DNA of 64,000 bases from Patescibacteria group bacterium. GTDB lineage: Bacteria > Patescibacteriota > Patescibacteriia > UBA10025 > JBIOWE01. A model generated the notes under the pieces. The model saw only the letters and a program-made list of their open reading frames with translations. It was not told the DNA's origin and ran no database searches. Position numbers and translations under genes: made by a program. Where the stretch lies: positions 6,611-70,610 of the forward strand of contig JBIOWE010000013.1 in assembly GCA_044868145.1 (NCBI GenBank), in the 5' to 3' direction. Position 1 is the stretch's first letter. Each line of letters opens with the position of its first letter. This document shows, piece by piece, positions 36,875 through 46,592 of the stretch.

Positions 36875-37741
36875 TTATGCGCGATGGCTACTTCCGACGA
36901 GCCCAATGTTTTTTTCCACCGTCTTTTGCAGCGCAAGAATCGCGGGCCTCATCACTTCGCGCGGATCAAACTCTTCCCTGTTGCGCTCGAGCGTGGTACG
37001 CAGGCTGTTCACGAACGCGAGCTTCAATTCCGTGTTAAAATTCACGATGCGCACGCCAAGCTCAGTGGCTTCGGCAAGTTGCCGACCGGAAAGGCCCGAC
37101 GCTCCATGGAGCACAAGCGGCACATTTGGCAATTTTTTATGAATCGCCGCGAGACGATCAAGATCGAGCTCGGGGTAATTTTTTTGCAGCTTCACGACGC
37201 CGTGAATGTTCCCGATGGCAACGGCAAGCGTATCCACACCCGTTTTTTCGACGAAATCTTTCGCCTCGCCAGGATCGGTCATGAGTGCCTTACGTTCTTC
37301 CGGTGAGATCTCTTCCAGACCTTTCACCTCACCGAGTTCGCCTTGCGCCCACACGTCGTGCCGATGCGCGTAATCAGCCGCTTGCTTCGTCAGAATCAAA
37401 TTCTCGGCGAACGGCAACTCGGAATTATCGATCATGATCGAGGAAAAACCAATGCGAATGCATTCAGCCACGGAACGAAAACTTTTGCCGTGGTCAAGGT
37501 GCAAAGCCACGGGTATGTCGCCGGCTTCATCCGCGCCGAGGACTTCGACGATATTCGTAAGCGCTTTCAACCCAGCGTACTGAATACTCCGTTCGGATAT
37601 TTGCAAAATAACCGGCGAACGCTGCGCCACGGCAGCGCGAATGACTCCCAGGGTCGTTTCAAGATTCTCGATGTTAAACGCGCCAAGGGCATACCCTTGC
37701 TCCGAAGCCGTTTTGACGAGTTGCGCAATACGAACGATCAT
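36875..37741 (-). CDS. fba: class II fructose-bisphosphate aldolase (or tagatose-bisphosphate aldolase)
   Basis: 288 aa, LHLDHG, GxxHG motifs. Confidence 0.8.
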   Translation of the reverse strand: MIVRIAQLVKTASEQGYALGAFNIENLETTLGVIRAAVAQRSPVILQISERSIQYAGLKALTNIVEVLGADEAGDIPVALHLDHGKSFRSVAECIRIGFSSIMIDNSELPFAENLILTKQAADYAHRHDVWAQGELGEVKGLEEISPEERKALMTDPGEAKDFVEKTGVDTLAVAIGNIHGVVKLQKNYPELDLDRLAAIHKKLPNVPLVLHGASGLSGRQLAEATELGVRIVNFNTELKLAFVNSLRTTLERNREEFDPREVMRPAILALQKTVEKNIGLVGSSHRA

Positions 37742-38532
37742 GAGGATGATGAAAGGTTAGCGATTGATTGAATAACTGCCGAGAAAGAGTCGGCGCGATG
37801 GCTGGCGCCGCCGACGAGCACGCCGGAGAAAATCTGGCCGTCGACGTATTGAGCCGCGATCTGCCCGTCAACGCTGCCGCCATAGATGAGCGCCATGTTG
37901 TTCATGACGAGCTGCTCAGAAAATAATTCAAAGAGTTGGCTGCGAATTGCATAGCCCGCTTCTGCTGCCTCATCTGGTGCGCAGGCTTGGCCACTGCCAA
38001 TTGCCCAAATAGGTTCATACGCAACGATCACGCGGTTATTCGGACTTATCATTTGCTCCCCAAGAGCCAGGCGGAGTTGGTCAGCGACAACAGCATTCCG
38101 CTTGCCTTGGCGTCGGTGCTCGAACGTTTCCCCAATGCACACAATTGGCACAAGCCCGTTGCGAAGGCAGGCGCTTACTTTACCGGCTACCATGCGGTCC
38201 GTCTCGTGCAGATGCTGCCGGCGCTCCGAGTGGCCCACAATAACATACGATACCCCAAGGTCGCGTAGCATTGGCGCCGAGTACTCTCCGGTAAATGGGC
38301 CTTTGTCCTCCCAAAACACGTTCTGGCCTCCAAGTTTTATTGCGGATTGTTTGAGCGTGGTCCGCACCCGGTCAAGGTAGAGCGGCGAAGGGCAAGCGAT
38401 AACTTCTAAATCGGGTGGCAAGGTACTCGCCATGTTCATCAACGCAGTAGCCAAAGCGACCGTCTGATCGTAATCAAGGTTCATTTTCCAGTTGCCCACG
38501 ATGTATCGGTTTTTCGGCATAATGACGCTCAA
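37738..38532 (-). CDS. tpiA: triose-phosphate isomerase
   Basis: 264 aa, GNWKMN, VGHSERR, YEPIWAIGSG. Confidence 0.9.
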   Translation of the reverse strand: MSVIMPKNRYIVGNWKMNLDYDQTVALATALMNMASTLPPDLEVIACPSPLYLDRVRTTLKQSAIKLGGQNVFWEDKGPFTGEYSAPMLRDLGVSYVIVGHSERRQHLHETDRMVAGKVSACLRNGLVPIVCIGETFEHRRQGKRNAVVADQLRLALGEQMISPNNRVIVAYEPIWAIGSGQACAPDEAAEAGYAIRSQLFELFSEQLVMNNMALIYGGSVDGQIAAQYVDGQIFSGVLVGGASHRADSFSAVIQSIANLSSSS

Positions 38533-38578
38533 TAACTAAGTACAGAATAACAAATTTCTGTTGTTTGTGCCATATCGA

Positions 38579-39523
38579 TCAATACCATTCGTACGTCTGT
38601 CCGAGCCAGGCAAGCAGGGCTTTTGCTTCAGAGAATCGCGCATCGCTCGTCTCGGAATCGAAGAGCGTCACAAGAGCCGACCGATCGCCGGCAACGCGTC
38701 CGCGGAGCGCGAGCGTAAACCCCGCCTCCTCGAGATAGCCGGTTTTTGCGACCGTTTTTCCAAGTTGGGGGTCGTTCAGTAATTGGTTCGTGTTCCGAAT
38801 CGTATGCCGAATATGGCGGCCAACCGTCTCGAACGCGTACGCTTTCGAGCTGAGCGCTTCCATAATCGTTGCATTGCGAAACGCATACCCAGCAAGCTTG
38901 CCATATTCCTTTGCCGTGGATACGTTGCGCGGATCAAGGCCAGTCGGATCAAAGAAGGTCGTATGCAGAAGTCCAAGCTGGCCGGCCTTTTCGTTCATGC
39001 GGTGTACGAACGCGTCGGCGGAAAGTCCGGTACTGCGCACCAACGCGTTCGTGGCGTTGTTCGCGGAACCGACCAACATCGCGGAAAATAAATCTGCCAC
39101 GCGAACAATCTCTCCGGGCGACACAACCAGTCGGCTGCCTGCAGGCGCGCTTTCGTCTTGCCGCACCATGCGGACCTCCTGTTGAAAGTCAGTGCTTTGA
39201 TCGAGCACAACCAACGCGGACATCAATTTCGTTAAGCTGGCGATTGGCACCGCTTTGTCGGCGTCCTTGGACCACAAGACAAGCCCGCTTGCGTCATCGA
39301 TCACCACGCCGGACCGCGCAGTAAGCAGAAACGGCGGGAACACATACAAAGGCTCTCGCCGAATTGGCGAGGACCCGTTAGATATCCGGAAAGGCGGATC
39401 GATCTGATTGTATAAAAAGGAATCAACCGCCGACAATTGTTGTGTTACCGGGAGAGTTAACATATCCGACGGATAGGCCATGTGGTGTACAGTGAAAAGA
39501 AACGCAAGAAGAAGCGACACCAT
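38579..39523 (-). CDS. D-alanyl-D-alanine carboxypeptidase (S11, PBP5-like)
   Basis: SxxK (ASLTK), SxN (SANN), KTG. Confidence 0.75.
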   Translation of the reverse strand: MVSLLLAFLFTVHHMAYPSDMLTLPVTQQLSAVDSFLYNQIDPPFRISNGSSPIRREPLYVFPPFLLTARSGVVIDDASGLVLWSKDADKAVPIASLTKLMSALVVLDQSTDFQQEVRMVRQDESAPAGSRLVVSPGEIVRVADLFSAMLVGSANNATNALVRSTGLSADAFVHRMNEKAGQLGLLHTTFFDPTGLDPRNVSTAKEYGKLAGYAFRNATIMEALSSKAYAFETVGRHIRHTIRNTNQLLNDPQLGKTVAKTGYLEEAGFTLALRGRVAGDRSALVTLFDSETSDARFSEAKALLAWLGQTYEWY

Positions 39524-39529
39524 ATGCGC

Positions 39530-40120
39530 TTATTCGATTTTTTGCTGATCTTGCTGACGCTGCGCCAGAAACTTCACGAGACTTTCATCATTTTTCAATC
39601 GATCAAACTCCGGTAATTCTTCCACCCGGTGCACGCCGAGGAATTTCAGAAATTCAAACGTCGCTTCGTATGTCGTTTGCATGCTGTCTTTATGCTCATG
39701 GCTGTCTATCAAGCCGCGAATGAGCAGGTTGCGCAGGATCAAGCTGCAGTTGACGCCCCGAATTTGCTCTAGCTGCATTTTTGTTATGGGCCCGCGATAC
39801 GCGATGATGGTGAGCGTTTCAAGCGCAGGTTTTGTCAGATCACCTGTCTGTTCGCTTTTAATAAAATCCTTCACGATATGACTTGTGTTTGGATTGGTCA
39901 CCATCTGATAGCTTTGGCCGGTCTTCATGATGTGGATGCCCCGTTCTTCAGTATTCCAAGAACCCATCAGCGTTTCCATAGCTTCTTTGACTTGTTGTCG
40001 ATCTACATGCAGAATCTCCGAGAGTTTCTCCTCTGATAGCGGCCTACCAGCGATGAACAAGAGACTTTCCAACAATTGCTTAATATTTTGCATGCGTTTA
40101 TTGAATTCGTTTAAGAACAA
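39530..40120 (-). CDS. scpB: segregation and condensation protein B
   Basis: 196 aa ScpB family. Confidence 0.8.
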   Translation of the reverse strand: MFLNEFNKRMQNIKQLLESLLFIAGRPLSEEKLSEILHVDRQQVKEAMETLMGSWNTEERGIHIMKTGQSYQMVTNPNTSHIVKDFIKSEQTGDLTKPALETLTIIAYRGPITKMQLEQIRGVNCSLILRNLLIRGLIDSHEHKDSMQTTYEATFEFLKFLGVHRVEELPEFDRLKNDESLVKFLAQRQQDQQKIE

Positions 40121-40793
40121 TTTCCGAAAAAATACCTTCTTGCGTCACAGCGAGCGTTCGTTGTTTGACAAGCTCAAGCAAGGCGAGGAACGTTACAATC
40201 ACTTCGGTTTTGTTTTTTGATTCTTTCAGCACATTGCGGAAGTTCACGACCGCTTCGCGCTCCATCAAACTGCGGATGTTCTGGATTTTTTCTTGGATCG
40301 AAATGGTTTTTTGCATTACTTCCTGCGCGAGACTGACAAAAGGCTCAATTGAATGGAGCACGCCCAGAAATAATTCACGCATTTTATCGGTCGTGAGATT
40401 ATGCGGCGGGTTGAAAATGCGCTCGATCCGCACGAGCGCTCGATCCCGACTGAACGCGAAATGCCGCCGTAAAATCATTTTGTGCAAAATGCGCGATGCA
40501 TCGTAAAACTCTTTATAGATTTTCAGCTGCTGTTCAAGCGGTACACCCTCTTCCTCATCAAACGTCAGATATGGCAGCATTGCCTTCGACTTGATGTATA
40601 ACAGCTTCGCCGCTACTACGAGGAAATCGGCAAGCTCCTCCATGGGGATATCCTGGGCTTTATTTAAAAACGTCAAATACTGCTCCGTCACTTGCGCGAG
40701 TGAAACGTTCGTAATATCCAACTCCTCTTGCTCAATGAGTTGCAGCAGCAAGTCCAGAGGCCCTTCAAATGTTTCGAGTTTTATTTTGTACAC
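40098..40793 (-). CDS. scpA: segregation and condensation protein A (GTG start)
   Basis: 231 aa ScpA family. Confidence 0.8.
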   Translation of the reverse strand: MYKIKLETFEGPLDLLLQLIEQEELDITNVSLAQVTEQYLTFLNKAQDIPMEELADFLVVAAKLLYIKSKAMLPYLTFDEEEGVPLEQQLKIYKEFYDASRILHKMILRRHFAFSRDRALVRIERIFNPPHNLTTDKMRELFLGVLHSIEPFVSLAQEVMQKTISIQEKIQNIRSLMEREAVVNFRNVLKESKNKTEVIVTFLALLELVKQRTLAVTQEGIFSEIVLKRIQ

Positions 40794-40810
40794 GATAGGA
40801 AAAGGAAAAA

Positions 40811-40832
40811 GTAAAATCTAAAAAGGAAAAAT
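40811..40832. repeat. 22-nt A-rich element GTAAAATCTAAAAAGGAAAAAT; exact inverted copy at 51918-51939
   Basis: exact 22/22 match between two intergenic loci. Confidence 0.7.
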
Positions 40833-41045
40833 GTCGGAAAATTCTTTCTTCATAAACCGTCCTTTGGGAGCAGCCACGTGAAAATGGGAGCGAAGAGGAA
40901 CGGTTCCGACCCCGAGCGGAGTCGAGGGGGAGGCCGAGTTCGGGTCAAAAGCGACGATGAGCCCCATTTTCCAGGGTGCGAGCACGGGGCGGCGGATTTT
41001 TTGTGCTACTTTTTTGTCCGCACAAAAAAGTGGCGAAAATGATGC

Positions 41046-42269
41046 TCAACCTTTCATCTTATTTTTTATATTTTCAAATCGATGCTTTGCCAGCAAGAAG
41101 GTAATTTTTGGAACGGACTTGATTCGGGCTTCTTTGAATGATATGCGCCCGGACAAGAAGTCGAGAAAGTACTGGTGCACCTCTTTGTCGCGCCCGAAGT
41201 GTTTTAGGCCAGTGTCAATAATGCTCGGGTGCTCAAAAATAAAATGCTGCATGCTAAGAAGCGTTTTGAACTCCAAACCAAATTCTTTATGCCACAACTT
41301 CTGATACTCGGCGAGCTCGTGTTCCGAAACGTTATCTTTTTGTATTGCGTCAGCCATTACCTTTCCCGCGAGCTCCCCGGAGGTTAAGGCATAGTAAATG
41401 CCTTCTGCAGTGAGCGGCTGCGGGAATCCAGCCGCGTCTCCGCACAAAAGCACCCGATTCGTATACGTTTTTTTCAAAGGTCCTCCCCATGGTATCGCCC
41501 AAGAACGCATGCCGGTCAAAGGAAATGCTTCTGGCAGTAAATGCTCGCTCTTCAGAAATGCGATATACGCGTCATGCACCTGCTTTAAGGCGGCGTCTTT
41601 GTACGTACTAAGAAATCCTACTCCAACGTTCACGAACTTGCCTTTGGGGAATATCCAACCGTATCCGTGAATGCCGTGAAACGCGAAATGGATGATGATT
41701 TCATCGTTCGGCAAGCCGGTGTCGAATTCGAGCTCTTGCTCGGAAGCGAACGCGTAATGATCTTTCGGCCAGCCGAGGTTCAGGCCTGACGCTTTGGCAA
41801 CCAAGCTGTTAATGCCATCCGCGCCAATAACCGCTTTCGCAGTATATACCTCACCATTTTGTAGAAAAACCGTCGCTTCGTCTTGGGTAATTTTGACTTC
41901 CCGGACGCGTTTTCCAAGAACATGATGCACACCCGCTTGCTTGCAGAGCTCATACATGCCCGCGGAAAAATCCAGTCTGCGCATTAAATAGTAAGAGTCA
42001 TGTGCACCGGCAGCCGTGGCCTTTTGCAGTGCGTGCGAATAGACAGTGATTTTGCGAATCGCGGACCGGCTAACCTTGCGCACGATTGGCGCAAGATAGG
42101 GAAAACGCTCGAGGGCAGCGTATCGCAAGCCGCCACCGCACACCTTGTCTTTGGGCAACTTGTCCGCTTCAATTAGGCAAACCGAAACGCCCGCCTTCGC
42201 AAGATTATACGAAGCGTTCTGACCCGATGGGCCTCCTCCGATTACTAAGACATCGTACGATTTCTCCAT
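41046..42269 (-). CDS. geranylgeranyl reductase family FAD-dependent oxidoreductase
   Basis: 407 aa, VLVIGGGPSG Rossmann motif. Confidence 0.7.
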   Translation of the reverse strand: MEKSYDVLVIGGGPSGQNASYNLAKAGVSVCLIEADKLPKDKVCGGGLRYAALERFPYLAPIVRKVSRSAIRKITVYSHALQKATAAGAHDSYYLMRRLDFSAGMYELCKQAGVHHVLGKRVREVKITQDEATVFLQNGEVYTAKAVIGADGINSLVAKASGLNLGWPKDHYAFASEQELEFDTGLPNDEIIIHFAFHGIHGYGWIFPKGKFVNVGVGFLSTYKDAALKQVHDAYIAFLKSEHLLPEAFPLTGMRSWAIPWGGPLKKTYTNRVLLCGDAAGFPQPLTAEGIYYALTSGELAGKVMADAIQKDNVSEHELAEYQKLWHKEFGLEFKTLLSMQHFIFEHPSIIDTGLKHFGRDKEVHQYFLDFLSGRISFKEARIKSVPKITFLLAKHRFENIKNKMKG

Positions 42270-42302
42270 AATTCGTAATACGGAATTCGCAATTCGTAAT
42301 TA
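42270..42302. repeat. heptad repeat array abutting start codon: (sense) ATTACGA-ATTGCGA-ATTCCGT-ATTACGA-ATT-ATG
   Basis: direct reading; 18-mer identical to 2002-2019. Confidence 0.6.
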
Positions 42303-42767
42303 CTTTTTCTTGCCGACGTCGCCGGTCTGCGCATTTTCCGATTTAATAAAATCCTTTACTTTCATGCTCACGCTCTCGGTGAAACTGCCCGCCTGGAACA
42401 CCGCCTTTTTCAGTTTAGCGAGCCCCTTATCAACCACAACGTCGAGCTTGTGGACTGAACCGAACGGGGTGATGGCGCCGGGTTTAACCTTCAACTCGGA
42501 CTGCATCTCTTTTTCTTTCGCAATGCCCACTTTCTTCGCCTTCAGCATTTTCTTGAGTTTGCCGAAATCAAGGTTGTAATGGGCCGGGATAAGGACGAGG
42601 TAATGTTTTTTATCAACCTTAACGAGCAGCGTCTTCGCGATTTCCTGCAGCTTTCGCTTCATGGTTTGCGCTGCATCGTACGCCGTGAACACTTTTTTGT
42701 GTTTCAAAATGTCGTACTTGATTTTGTTTTTGTCGAGATGAGACAGAATTTTCTTTGGGATGGCCAT
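42300..42767 (-). CDS. YbaK/ProX-family aminoacyl-tRNA deacylase-like protein
   Basis: 155 aa, KPGAITPFG motif. Confidence 0.55.
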   Translation of the reverse strand: MAIPKKILSHLDKNKIKYDILKHKKVFTAYDAAQTMKRKLQEIAKTLLVKVDKKHYLVLIPAHYNLDFGKLKKMLKAKKVGIAKEKEMQSELKVKPGAITPFGSVHKLDVVVDKGLAKLKKAVFQAGSFTESVSMKVKDFIKSENAQTGDVGKKK

Positions 42768-42805
42768 ACATTATAAAATTAAAGATTAAAAATCAAAGAT
42801 CAAAA

Positions 42806-43117
42806 TTAATGTTTTATTCCTTTTAGTTTAAAAAGTGTCAATTGCTTTCCGAGAAGCTTTCGCGCTTCGCGGCGGCCTTTGTTAGTCAATTGGATTTCGT
42901 CAATGAACCATTTGTGCGGCGTGCGGCGACCGTAGCCGATCAAAAGCTCTTTATCAATCATGCGTTCAATGCTTTTGGTAAGCGAGTTTTGCTGATCCTC
43001 GTGAGTTGGAGGCGTTTTTTCCTTTTCGTAAAATTTCAACAGGCTATTCCGCTTAAACCGAGCCTTGTGGCCAAGCGATTCATTGAGAATGTACTTTTGG
43101 AGCAGTGAAAGTCTCAT
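42806..43117 (-). CDS. hypothetical protein (first ATG at 43117; track ORF starts at TTG 43138)
   Basis: basic, possibly winged-helix. Confidence 0.35.
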   Translation of the reverse strand: MRLSLLQKYILNESLGHKARFKRNSLLKFYEKEKTPPTHEDQQNSLTKSIERMIDKELLIGYGRRTPHKWFIDEIQLTNKGRREARKLLGKQLTLFKLKGIKH

Positions 43118-43128
43118 GCCTACAAATT

Positions 43129-43184
43129 TACGAATCAATACGAATGCACGAATTTCTTATCATATACTATACGCTATACGCCAT
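43129..43184. repeat. three TACGAAT/CGAATT repeats (~10-nt period) plus CTATACGCTATACGCCAT motif directly upstream of the 42806..43117 gene
   Basis: direct reading. Confidence 0.5.
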
Positions 43185-43202
43185 AAGCTGACCTTTTGCA
43201 CT

Positions 43203-44609
43203 TTACCTCTTTGCGTCAATTTTGAGGTGTAAATCATGAAGTTGTTGTTCATCCACGGGAGAGGGTGCGCCGGTCATGGGATCGCGGTTGTCCCCCGTCT
43301 TTGGAAATGCCACGACCTCGCGGACGTTTGGCAAGTTCAACAGCACCATAATTAACCGGTCAATACCTGGAGCAATGCCGCCATGCGGAGGCGCGCCATA
43401 GGTAAACGCTTCAAGCATGTGCCCGAACTTCTCACGCGCTTCCTCGCGCTTTATGCCGACGAGTTCAAATATTTTTTCCTGCAGTTCCGGATTCGTGATA
43501 CGAATCGAACCGCCGCCGACTTCATAGCCGTTAAGCACCATGTCGTGCTGCCACGAACGCACTTTGAATGGGTCTTTGTCGAGTATTGGAATATCCTCAT
43601 CCTTCGGCGCTGTAAAGATATGGTGCGCTGGCGCGTAATGTCCTTCTTCCTTCTTTGGCTCAAACAACGGCCAATTCACAACAAAACAAAAGCCAAGTTC
43701 GTTCGGATCGTTTTTATTCTTTCGGATGTCCGGCTTGTCCGAACCATATTGTTTCATGGCTTCGTCATAGTCAATACGAGGCCAGGGCTTGTGCGTAAAT
43801 CTCTTTTCCGGGGTGAGCGTTTCAACGAGTTTCGTAAACAAGGCTTCCGTGAGCTTGAGTAAATCGTCTTGCGTTACAAACGACATCTCAAGGTCCAATT
43901 GATAGAATTGATCTGGCGCTCGATCAGACCGCGAGTCCTCGTCCCGAAAGCACGGCGCGATTTGGAAATATTTTTCAAAGCCGGCGACCATCAGCAACTG
44001 CTTATATTGCTGCGGCGACTGTGGCAGCGCGTAAAACTTTCCAGGGTAGACACGTGACGGCACCAAGTAATCCCGCGCGCCTTCCGGCGTGGACTTCCCG
44101 AGAATGGGGGTCTCTATTTCAATGAACCCTTCGTTATGTAATTGCTCGCGGATGAACGTATTCACCTTGTCGCGAAAAATAATCATGTGTCGATTTTTCT
44201 CGCGGCGCAAATCGAGATAACGATATTTCAAACGCAGTTCCTCCGACTCCTTGCCCTTTTCCGTGGCAACAATTTCAAACGGCGGCGTTTTTGATTCGCT
44301 AAAAATTTTCAGTGATTCGGCTTTCACTTCCACGGTGCCAGTCGGAATTTCCTTATTCACCATATTCTCCGGCCGCTTTTGCACTGTGCCAACCACTTCA
44401 ATGCAAAACTCCGGTCGCAATTTCTGCGCCATCTCGAGGAGTTCTTTATTGCCCGACGCGAACACCACCTGCACGATTCCTGAAATATCGCGCAAGTCAA
44501 TAAACACGACCTTGCCCATGCGTCGCGTTGCATTCACCCAGCCGTCAAGGCGGACGGATTGGTCGGTTTTTTTGGTTGTGTGAAGCGTGAGTGTTCTTTG
44601 CATATTCAT
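43203..44609 (-). CDS. aspS: aspartate--tRNA ligase, bacterial-type catalytic core but lacking GAD insertion domain
   Basis: 468 aa; EGARDYLVPSR, FYALPQSPQ, FRDEDSRSDRAP, GGGSIRI. Confidence 0.8.
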   Translation of the reverse strand: MNMQRTLTLHTTKKTDQSVRLDGWVNATRRMGKVVFIDLRDISGIVQVVFASGNKELLEMAQKLRPEFCIEVVGTVQKRPENMVNKEIPTGTVEVKAESLKIFSESKTPPFEIVATEKGKESEELRLKYRYLDLRREKNRHMIIFRDKVNTFIREQLHNEGFIEIETPILGKSTPEGARDYLVPSRVYPGKFYALPQSPQQYKQLLMVAGFEKYFQIAPCFRDEDSRSDRAPDQFYQLDLEMSFVTQDDLLKLTEALFTKLVETLTPEKRFTHKPWPRIDYDEAMKQYGSDKPDIRKNKNDPNELGFCFVVNWPLFEPKKEEGHYAPAHHIFTAPKDEDIPILDKDPFKVRSWQHDMVLNGYEVGGGSIRITNPELQEKIFELVGIKREEAREKFGHMLEAFTYGAPPHGGIAPGIDRLIMVLLNLPNVREVVAFPKTGDNRDPMTGAPSPVDEQQLHDLHLKIDAKR

Positions 44610-44682
44610 CCGCTGGGTAGCCAGGGTCCCTTGACCCTGGCGGTGATCGGCGAGGTCAAGGGACCTCGCCTACCCACGTTTT

Positions 44683-45687
44683 TTAATCCGTGAATTGGAA
44701 GGTGGAGAGGATTGTTTGCTCGGTTTCGCCCAATTGTTTATCTCCGATAAACTCCAAACCAAGGAGCTTTGATCTGTGCTGTACTACGTAAGCAACTGTA
44801 TCTGCACCGCATGAGGGTCCGTCGCAGTATCGGTAAACGAACTTCTTACCGCTCCTTCCACCAAGGGTAATGTCCCCAACAGGGGCGGTATCAAACCATG
44901 TCGTCAAAGAGCCGTCGCGGAATCGTATGTCTACCACAGACTTATTATCGGCTGTTTGGAAAAAAACACTTTCACCATCTCTCAGCGACCAATCGGCCGG
45001 ATATAGAAGTGAATAACCAACTGCTCCGTTCTTATACGTCTTCCACCCCGTCGTATCGTCGAGGAATTGGAAGGTGGAGAGAATTTGGTTAAAAATTGAA
45101 GTGTAGCTGTCCTTTTTTTCATCTTCAGGGATGTATTGTACAATGCTTATTAGCTTTTTGTTAAAAATTACGTATACGACATTAGTATAATTCGAAAGTG
45201 GCCCCGTCTTAGAACGTCTAACGGCTGGAATGCTATCAAGTGTTATATCCGTTTCAGAAAGAATACTGGATTGAGCATCCTTTGATCCGACTGCCTCCTT
45301 TAATGAAGTTGCTTGGCTATCTTCATAATAGATTTCTATCTTGGTGCCCATCATTAGTTCTGTTTGATTGGCAGCTCGCTCGTCAAAAAACTGCGCTGGA
45401 TTTTCCGTGCTAGTAATGCCACTAGTAATACCAGTTAACCATTCCGATGGATATCGTATTGAATACCCACCCGCACTATTCGTATACGTCTTCCACCCCG
45501 CGGTGTCGTCGGCCGTGGTATTCGTGTTGGCTGCCGTATTGGTGTTCGTAACGACTTGGCTCGTATTCGTATTCCCTGCCGGCGTTTTTGGCAGGAGCAA
45601 CGTGTACCACACCGCGCCGACGATGACCACGCCGACAACTAAGAGAATGATGATGGGAACGACTGCGACGCCTTTTTGGTTAAACAC
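44683..45687 (-). CDS. secreted/membrane-anchored protein with internally duplicated ~130-aa module (GTG start)
   Basis: DDTAGWKTYTNSAGGYSIRYPSEW…ILSTFQFLD repeated as DDTTGWKTYKNGAVGYSLLYPADW…ILSTFQFTD. Confidence 0.5.
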   Translation of the reverse strand: MFNQKGVAVVPIIILLVVGVVIVGAVWYTLLLPKTPAGNTNTSQVVTNTNTAANTNTTADDTAGWKTYTNSAGGYSIRYPSEWLTGITSGITSTENPAQFFDERAANQTELMMGTKIEIYYEDSQATSLKEAVGSKDAQSSILSETDITLDSIPAVRRSKTGPLSNYTNVVYVIFNKKLISIVQYIPEDEKKDSYTSIFNQILSTFQFLDDTTGWKTYKNGAVGYSLLYPADWSLRDGESVFFQTADNKSVVDIRFRDGSLTTWFDTAPVGDITLGGRSGKKFVYRYCDGPSCGADTVAYVVQHRSKLLGLEFIGDKQLGETEQTILSTFQFTD

Positions 45688-45699
45688 AAGGTTGTTCAG

Positions 45700-45873
45700 C
45701 TAATAATAATTAAGGGGTTGAGTGCTGATGATACGCACCGCATACGGTGGCGGGAGGATTTCTTGCGCCATGGCGCGCACGGTTGACGTGTAGAGCAAAA
45801 CGGAAATCGTCGCTTCAAAAAGAATGAGAACAATGCCAACGCTCGACGGAATTTTTGCTTGAAGTACGTTCAT
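45700..45873 (-). CDS. small single-TM protein (57 aa), not in ORF track (<60 aa)
   Basis: own translation MNVLQAKIPSSVGIVLILFEATISVLLYTSTVRAMAQEILPPPYAVRIISTQPLNYY. Confidence 0.35.
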   Translation of the reverse strand: MNVLQAKIPSSVGIVLILFEATISVLLYTSTVRAMAQEILPPPYAVRIISTQPLNYY

Positions 45874-45880
45874 ACGCTCA

Positions 45881-46057
45881 TTACTTCTGCGCCTCGATGG
45901 GCGTTTTGATAATATTGATGTACTGCGGCTTAATGTCCCGTTGCATTTTTTGGAGAGAGTTCATGAGCAACAATAAGGCCACGGCAATCTCTGCAACGAG
46001 AATGAGAGCACCCAGAACGGTTGGCACTCTACTCCCGCGATATAGTATATCATTCAT
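45881..46057 (-). CDS. small single-TM protein (58 aa), not in ORF track
   Basis: own translation MNDILYRGSRVPTVLGALILVAEIAVALLLLMNSLQKMQRDIKPQYINIIKTPIEAQK; 7-nt gap to next ORF. Confidence 0.35.
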   Translation of the reverse strand: MNDILYRGSRVPTVLGALILVAEIAVALLLLMNSLQKMQRDIKPQYINIIKTPIEAQK

Positions 46058-46060
46058 AAT

Positions 46061-46095
46061 GAATTAAGAATTGCGAATTGCGAATTAAGAATTTT
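46061..46095. repeat. five tandem heptads GAATTAA-GAATTGC-GAATTGC-GAATTAA-GAATTTT abutting start of 58-aa ORF
   Basis: direct reading. Confidence 0.55.
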
Positions 46096-46114
46096 GACCT
46101 TCGACTGTGAACTG

Positions 46115-46543
46115 TTAACTTGCGACGGTGCACATGCGAATGATAATGCCCGCACCTCCCGCGTAAAATGTCGTGGGCGTGCAGACTGGCGCATCACTTG
46201 GGCAATCGCTATCGGTTTGACAGCGCTGGTGGCATCGGTGGTCCCCAAGTTCCTGTCCGCACGTTTGACCGTTCACGTTCGCATTACAATCGCGCGTGGC
46301 ATAGCACACGGCATTGGCGCTGCAATCGGCGTCCGTATAGCAAACGCCGCTTGACGCGGTGGCGTTCGTATTCGCGACAGCATTCACGTTGATCACACGA
46401 CCGAGGTTGAACGCTTCCGGCACATTGGCAAGCGCCGGATTCTCGATCCAATAATGATACAAGGTGCCAAACACGCCGAGCGCCACGACGGACATAAAGA
46501 GCAAAATCACCAAACCGCGAATTGTCGAAATGCCTTTATTCAT
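46115..46543 (-). CDS. small secreted cysteine-rich protein
   Basis: 142 aa, signal anchor, >12 Cys. Confidence 0.45.
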   Translation of the reverse strand: MNKGISTIRGLVILLFMSVVALGVFGTLYHYWIENPALANVPEAFNLGRVINVNAVANTNATASSGVCYTDADCSANAVCYATRDCNANVNGQTCGQELGDHRCHQRCQTDSDCPSDAPVCTPTTFYAGGAGIIIRMCTVAS

Positions 46544-46592
46544 CTTATGGTCGCAAACGATTTAAAAGTCTAATCCTTCCCTAACATTCTTG

